DNA of 64,000 nt from Candidatus Zhuqueibacterota bacterium (GTDB lineage Bacteria; BS750m-G25), in NCBI GenBank assembly GCA_016783505.1, contig JADHWK010000001.1:1-64000 (forward strand), given 5' to 3'. Below are positions 59,187 to 64,000 of the stretch, one piece after another. The notes under the pieces were generated by a model. The model saw nothing but the letters and a program-made list of their open reading frames with translations, did not search any database and was not told where the DNA came from. Every line of letters starts with the position of its first letter. The stretch's first letter is position 1. The translations under genes and the position numbers were made by a program.

Positions 59187-60599
59187 TTATTTCTTGCCCA
59201 TCAGATAAGCATGAATTGACCTGGCTGCCTTCTTCCCCTCCCCCATGGCCAGGATCACGGTGGCGGCCCCTAATACAATATCGCCCCCCGCCCAGACCCG
59301 GCGTTTTGAGGTTCTAGCGGTGTCCTGGTCTGCCAGTATGTTTCCCCACTTTGAGGTTTTTAAACCTGGGGTTGTGTTGGGCACCAACGGATTGGGCCCG
59401 TTTCCGATGGCCACCACCACTGTATCCGCTTCCATCATAAATTCCGACCCCGGAATAGGTACTGGCCTCCGCCGGCCTGAACTATCGGGTTCCCCCAATT
59501 CCATCTTCAGGCACTCCATTCCGGTAACCCAGCCTTCTTCGTTCCCCAGCATCCGTTTGGGATTAGTCAGTAGGTTAAAGATGATCCCTTCCTCCTCGGC
59601 CCGCTCGATCTCCTCGATCCGGGCCGGCATCTCCTTGCGGGAACGGCGGTAAACGATCTGAACCTCTTCGGCCCCTAACCTTAAGGCCGTTCGGGCCGAA
59701 TCCATGGCCACGTTCCCCCCCCCGATGACGGCCACCCTGCGGCTTCTGGCGATTGGGGTGTCATATTGGGGGAAAAGATAGGCCTTCATCAGGTTGGACC
59801 GGGTAAGGTATTCGTTGGCTGAATACACCCCATTCAGGTTTTCCCCGGGGATGTTCATGAAGTAGGGCAGCCCGGCCCCGGTGCCCAGAAAGACCGCATG
59901 ATACCCGTTTTTCAGCAGATCATTCACCGTTTGGATCTTGCCTATGACGGCATTGGTTTTGATCTGGACCCCCATGCTTTTCACGTAGTCCACCTCGGCC
60001 TGGACAATGGACTTGGGAAGCCGGAATTCGGGGATGCCGTAGACCAACACCCCTCCTGTTTTATGCAGGGCCTCAAAGATGGTTACCTGATGTCCCTTCT
60101 TAGCCAGCTCTCCGGCCACCGTAAGCCCGGCCGGGCCCGATCCAACCACGGCCACCCTTTTACCGGTGGGGGGGGCAATTTCAGGCACTTCCACCCGACC
60201 GGTATTCCGCTCATAATCGGCGGCGAACCTTTCTAAGGCGCCGATGGCTACCGGCTCACCCTTAATTCCCAGAACGCACACCAGCTCGCATTGATCCTCC
60301 TGGGGACACACCCGGCCGCAGATGGCGGGGAGGGCGTTATCCTCTTTGATCTTGCGCGCTGCCCCCAGAAAGTCCCCCTCCTGGATCAGCTTGATGAAGG
60401 CGGGGATGTCAATCTCCACCGGACAACCGTCCACACACTTTGGCTTCTTACACATGATACAGCGGGTGGCCTCCAGGATCGCCACCTCTGGGGTAAAGCC
60501 GTAGGGGACCTCGTTGAAATTATGGATGCGATCCTCAGGATTTTGCCCCGGTATCCGCTGGCGGGGAATTTTTTCCTTCTTTTTCTTTAAAGGTTCCAT
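59187..60599 (-). CDS. NfnB/SudA-like flavoprotein (GltD-like subunit)
   Basis: RCIMCKKPKCVDGCP, CGRVCPQE, GSGPAG, GGGNVAMD; start may extend to 60656. Confidence 0.9.
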   Translation of the reverse strand: MEPLKKKKEKIPRQRIPGQNPEDRIHNFNEVPYGFTPEVAILEATRCIMCKKPKCVDGCPVEIDIPAFIKLIQEGDFLGAARKIKEDNALPAICGRVCPQEDQCELVCVLGIKGEPVAIGALERFAADYERNTGRVEVPEIAPPTGKRVAVVGSGPAGLTVAGELAKKGHQVTIFEALHKTGGVLVYGIPEFRLPKSIVQAEVDYVKSMGVQIKTNAVIGKIQTVNDLLKNGYHAVFLGTGAGLPYFMNIPGENLNGVYSANEYLTRSNLMKAYLFPQYDTPIARSRRVAVIGGGNVAMDSARTALRLGAEEVQIVYRRSRKEMPARIEEIERAEEEGIIFNLLTNPKRMLGNEEGWVTGMECLKMELGEPDSSGRRRPVPIPGSEFMMEADTVVVAIGNGPNPLVPNTTPGLKTSKWGNILADQDTARTSKRRVWAGGDIVLGAATVILAMGEGKKAARSIHAYLMGKK

Positions 60600-60727
60600 T
60601 AACCGATCTACATTAATTTCTAACGAACTAAAGATTGCATTGGGGCTTTCGGACATTCGAAGTTATCCGATAAGACTCCGTCCATATCGGACCTACGATT
60701 CTATCCATTTATCCATCCATTTCTTTT

Positions 60728-61582
60728 CTATTCCCCCAGTCTCGAATGTTCCTCCTGTTTCCCTTTATGATATGCTTCCCAAGAAACCTTCTCCTGGTCG
60801 AGATACATCCGCTGTCGCTTGATGAGACCGTCAAAGTTCACCCGATGGCCGTCGAACTCGGGTCCGTCAACGCAGGCAAACTTCGTCTCGCCCCCCACCT
60901 CAACCCGACAGGCACCGCACATACCGGTGGCGTCCACCATAATGGGGTTCAGGCTGACGATAGTGGGAAGGTCATGGGTCCGGGTCAACTTACAGATCAT
61001 CTTCATCATAATCACGGGACCGACGGCAAACACCTGATCAATGGATGTGCCGGAATCAATGAGGTTCTTCAAGACATCGGTGACGAATCCATGATGTCCG
61101 TAACTGCCGTCATCGGTGGAGATCAAAAGTTGGTGGGAGGTCCGTGCCATCTCCTTCTCCATGATTAGCAGTTCTTTAGTCCGGGCTCCGATGATGGAGA
61201 TCACCCCGTTACGGGCCCCCTTCAGGGCCTTGGCGATGGGATAGATGGGGGCGATCCCGATCCCCCCCCCGATACAGACCACTGTGCCGAACCTTTCAAT
61301 ATGGGTAGGTTTTCCTAAGGGCCCCACTACATCCTGCAGGGAATCGCCTTCACCCAAGGTGGCCAAGTGCTCGGTGGTTTTACCGACCACCTGGAAGACG
61401 ATACGGATGATCCCCTTTCGGGGCCAGGCGTCAGCGATGGTAAGCGGGATGCGCTCCCCCTGCTCGTTAATGCGGAGGACGATGAACTGACCAGCCTTCC
61501 GCTTGCGGGCCACCAAGGGAGCGTCAATATCGAACTCCACTACCCCCTCAGCCAGCACCCTTTTTCGCAGAATTTCGTTCAC
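60728..61582 (-). CDS. NfnA/SudB-like FAD/NAD-binding 2Fe-2S subunit
   Basis: GERIPLTI, GGGIG, MVDATGMCGACR, CVDGPEF. Confidence 0.9.
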   Translation of the reverse strand: MNEILRKRVLAEGVVEFDIDAPLVARKRKAGQFIVLRINEQGERIPLTIADAWPRKGIIRIVFQVVGKTTEHLATLGEGDSLQDVVGPLGKPTHIERFGTVVCIGGGIGIAPIYPIAKALKGARNGVISIIGARTKELLIMEKEMARTSHQLLISTDDGSYGHHGFVTDVLKNLIDSGTSIDQVFAVGPVIMMKMICKLTRTHDLPTIVSLNPIMVDATGMCGACRVEVGGETKFACVDGPEFDGHRVNFDGLIKRQRMYLDQEKVSWEAYHKGKQEEHSRLGE

Positions 61583-61625
61583 TGACTTTCTATCCCCTTT
61601 AGAAACTCGTAACAGTTCACCTCAT

Positions 61626-61716
61626 TGTCATTCTTAGCGCAGTGAAAAATCTCTTTTTTGATAAGCACTATGACAATAGGAGATTCTTCCCCCGAAGGTT
61701 CGGGGTCAGAATGACA
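61626..61716. repeat. TGTCATTCT...AGAATGACA palindromic extragenic element
   Basis: Terminal 9-bp inverted repeat, inner aatctc/gagatt, and a ccccgaa-gg-ttcgggg hairpin. Confidence 0.7.
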
Positions 61717-61823
61717 TCCCAACACTTAATTTGGGATTAGCATGGAAATTTATTCCGATCAGTCAGGCGCCTGACCAACGCCAGACTGACCTTTGCTTAC
61801 ACCTCAATAATAAGTTTGTGAAG

Positions 61824-63044
61824 CTATGTTTGTTCTTTTCTAGCCATCTGTTTCACGATCTTTTCCGTGTCCTCGGCGATCACCAACTCCTCATTGGTCG
61901 GTACCACCAATACCTTAACCTTACTAGTTGGGGTGCAGATAAATCCCTCCTTGCTAACCATGGCGTTATTGGCTTCAAAATCGAGCTCAATTCCTAGGAA
62001 GGCCAGCTTCCGGCAGCAAAGCTCCCTTACTTCGGGGGCGTTCTCCCCGATTCCTCCGGTAAAGACCACCCCATCCAGTCCCCCCATGGCGGCTCCGTAG
62101 GCAGCGATATACTTCCTCACCCGGTAACAGAAGACGGCCAGGGCCAATCTTGCCCGACGATGGCCATTTTGGGATTCTTGCAAGATCTCCCTCATGTCGT
62201 TCGATACCCCGGAAATACCCAGCAGTCCGGAATGTTTGTTGAGAAGGACGTTGGCATCGCCCAGCGAGAGCTCCTCCCGACCCATGATGTGGAGGAGGGC
62301 CGCCGGGTCCACATCCCCGCACCGGGTGCCCATCAGCAGCCCTTCCACCGGGGTAAATCCCATTGAGGTGTCTATGGATACTCCCCCGTCCACCGCCGCC
62401 ATACTGCACCCGTTTCCCAGATGGCAGGTGACCAGTTTGAGCTCCTTTATATCCCGACCCAGCATCCCCGCCGCCCGCCGGGAGATATAATAGTGGGAGG
62501 TGCCGTGAAAACCATATCGCCGGATGCCGTATTTTTTATAGAGTGAATAGGGAATACCGTATAGGTAAGCGAAGTCTGGCATTTGGGAGTGGAAGGCAGT
62601 GTCGAATACCGCCACCTGGGGGGCTTGGGGAAGGAGGCGTCCGCAGGCCTTGATCCCCTTAATGTTATGGGGATTGTGGAGAGGGGCCAGCTCGATGCAC
62701 TCCTCCAGTTGATCCATGACCTCGGGGTTGATGAGAACCGATGTCCTGAACTTCTCCCCCCCATGTACCACCCGGTGCCCCACTGCGGCGATCTCCCCAC
62801 TGTCAGTGATCACCCCATGATTAGCGGACAGAAGAATAGAGAGAACGCATTCAATGGCCGCTTGATGATCGGGAATGGCCGCCGCAAGTTTTACCTTATC
62901 CCCGTCGTAACGCCGATGGGAAAGCACCGCCCCTTTCATCCCGATCCGTTCCATCAATCCCCTGGCTAAGGCCTTCCGCCCGGTCATTTCAATGAGCTGA
63001 TACTTGACCGAGGAACTACCGCAGTTTAAGACTAAAATCTTCAT
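61824..63044 (-). CDS. ackA: Acetate kinase
   Basis: LVLNCGSSS, GHRVVHGG, APLHN, YGFHGTSH, PTNEE. Confidence 0.96.
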   Translation of the reverse strand: MKILVLNCGSSSVKYQLIEMTGRKALARGLMERIGMKGAVLSHRRYDGDKVKLAAAIPDHQAAIECVLSILLSANHGVITDSGEIAAVGHRVVHGGEKFRTSVLINPEVMDQLEECIELAPLHNPHNIKGIKACGRLLPQAPQVAVFDTAFHSQMPDFAYLYGIPYSLYKKYGIRRYGFHGTSHYYISRRAAGMLGRDIKELKLVTCHLGNGCSMAAVDGGVSIDTSMGFTPVEGLLMGTRCGDVDPAALLHIMGREELSLGDANVLLNKHSGLLGISGVSNDMREILQESQNGHRRARLALAVFCYRVRKYIAAYGAAMGGLDGVVFTGGIGENAPEVRELCCRKLAFLGIELDFEANNAMVSKEGFICTPTSKVKVLVVPTNEELVIAEDTEKIVKQMARKEQT

Positions 63045-63068
63045 GTTCAATACCACAAGGCAATTCTT

Positions 63069-63494
63069 TCAACAAAGTTCCTCTTCTTTGAAGAAGAAGG
63101 CCACCTCTCGAACGCCATTCTCGGGACTGTCCGACCCGTGGACGGCGTTCCGCTCGATGTTTTCAGCATAGAGTTTGCGAAGGGTGCCCGGGTCGGCCTG
63201 GGCCGGGTCGGTAGCCCCGATGACCCGCCTCAGACGGGACACGGCGTCCTCCCCTTCCAGGGCCATGAGCACCACCCTCCCGGAGGTGACATAGTTAAGA
63301 AGACCCTCATAAAAGGGTTTGCCCCGGTGGACAGCGTAGAAATCGGCCGCTTGGTCCCGGGAGAGCCTCACCATCCTCATGCCCCGGATGATGAACCCCT
63401 CCTGTTCAATACGCCTGATGATGTCCCCGATGTGACCCTTGCCCACCCCATCAGGTTTAATAATTAACAAAGTCCTTTCGAACATATTCTCCAT
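63069..63494 (-). CDS. ndk: Nucleoside diphosphate kinase
   Basis: IIKPDGV, NAVHGSD. Confidence 0.96.
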   Translation of the reverse strand: MENMFERTLLIIKPDGVGKGHIGDIIRRIEQEGFIIRGMRMVRLSRDQAADFYAVHRGKPFYEGLLNYVTSGRVVLMALEGEDAVSRLRRVIGATDPAQADPGTLRKLYAENIERNAVHGSDSPENGVREVAFFFKEEELC

Positions 63495-63503
63495 TTTGAA
63501 AAC

Positions 63504-64000
63504 TTAGCCCTTCGGCAAAATGTCTTCCACTAATTTGTCAATAATTCGACTTACCTGCTCGGTGCACTGACTAAAGGCCGCCAGTAGTTTCTCTTCCGGG
63601 GGCTGGCCATCAGAATCGGAAAAGCCCAGCACTCGGGCCGCCCTTCCCAAGGATTGGGGATACAGGGTATCGTCGGCCGCCGAGGAAAGTCGGTAGACAT
63701 CCCGCAGGTTTTTAAGAAAATCGAAGGCTTCGGAAAGCTCCTGAAATTCCCGGGTGTGATCTTTATCTATCTTCCCCAACGTTTCGAAGAGCCGGTTGCT
63801 GATAGGCTCCCTCAACCGATACCGGGCCTTATACATCAACAGCACCATCTCGATGTCCCGAAGCCCCCCCCGGGACTCCTTCACATTCAGCTCCGTCCCT
63901 TCACAATGCCGGGACTCGATCTCGCCCTTCATCTCACAAACATAAGACTCCCATTTTTCAAAGATGTGGGGCTTGATGATCCTCTCCTCAAATTCCCTTT
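63504..64000 (-). CDS. C-terminal part of a GlnE/GlnD-like nucleotidyltransferase (runs off the window)
   Basis: NVKESRGGLRDIE motif; frame is open beyond 63932. Confidence 0.6.
   Translation of the reverse strand, partial: REFEERIIKPHIFEKWESYVCEMKGEIESRHCEGTELNVKESRGGLRDIEMVLLMYKARYRLREPISNRLFETLGKIDKDHTREFQELSEAFDFLKNLRDVYRLSSAADDTLYPQSLGRAARVLGFSDSDGQPPEEKLLAAFSQCTEQVSRIIDKLVEDILPKG

Noticed and set aside
59187-60656. Glutamate synthase small subunit
   Set aside because: No gltB nearby; the adjacent NfnA/SudB-like gene indicates an NfnAB-type transhydrogenase.
46362-63467. Many + strand ORFs and alternative-frame ORFs over the housekeeping genes
   Set aside because: Shadow ORFs of GC-rich genes; no motifs, and they overlap confidently identified CDSs.

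Overview
The window has two compositionally distinct halves that converge at a tRNA-fMet gene (46177-46250, -). The left half (1-~46100) is an AT-rich, + strand surface-polysaccharide island. It holds about 25 genes for nucleotide-sugar synthesis, glycosyltransfer, Wzx/Wzy-like export and tailoring (two radical SAMs, a methyltransferase, a PHP/HisC-like/AsnB-like trio), ending in a WcaJ-type priming transferase. The right half (~46280-64000) is visibly GC-richer, - strand housekeeping DNA of an apparently anaerobic diderm bacterium: GlnE-like fragment, ndk, ackA, nfnAB-like, yceD-rpmF-plsX-fabH-fabD-fabG-acpP-fabF-rnc, acyl-CoA dehydrogenase, yigZ and a CNNM protein. The most striking feature is that both ends of the glycan locus are arrays of unrelated toxin-antitoxin-like gene pairs (3 at 568-3530; 7 plus a four-helix-bundle gene at 35.7-45.9 kb). 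The spacers are not attC sites or IS ends. They are repeated fragments of the neighbouring conserved gene (beta-helix gene 5' part, wcaJ 3' part, degT 5' part), usually joined to degenerate 7-mer repeat tracts. The wcaJ fragments differ from the intact gene almost only at synonymous sites, suggesting they came from other functional alleles and act as homology arms. No integrase, transposase or reverse transcriptase is encoded here. Intergenic DNA is also crowded with nested micro-elements (100-bp MITEs, 16-36-bp palindromes, REP-like elements). Family and DUF names are from motif recognition by eye, not database searches.
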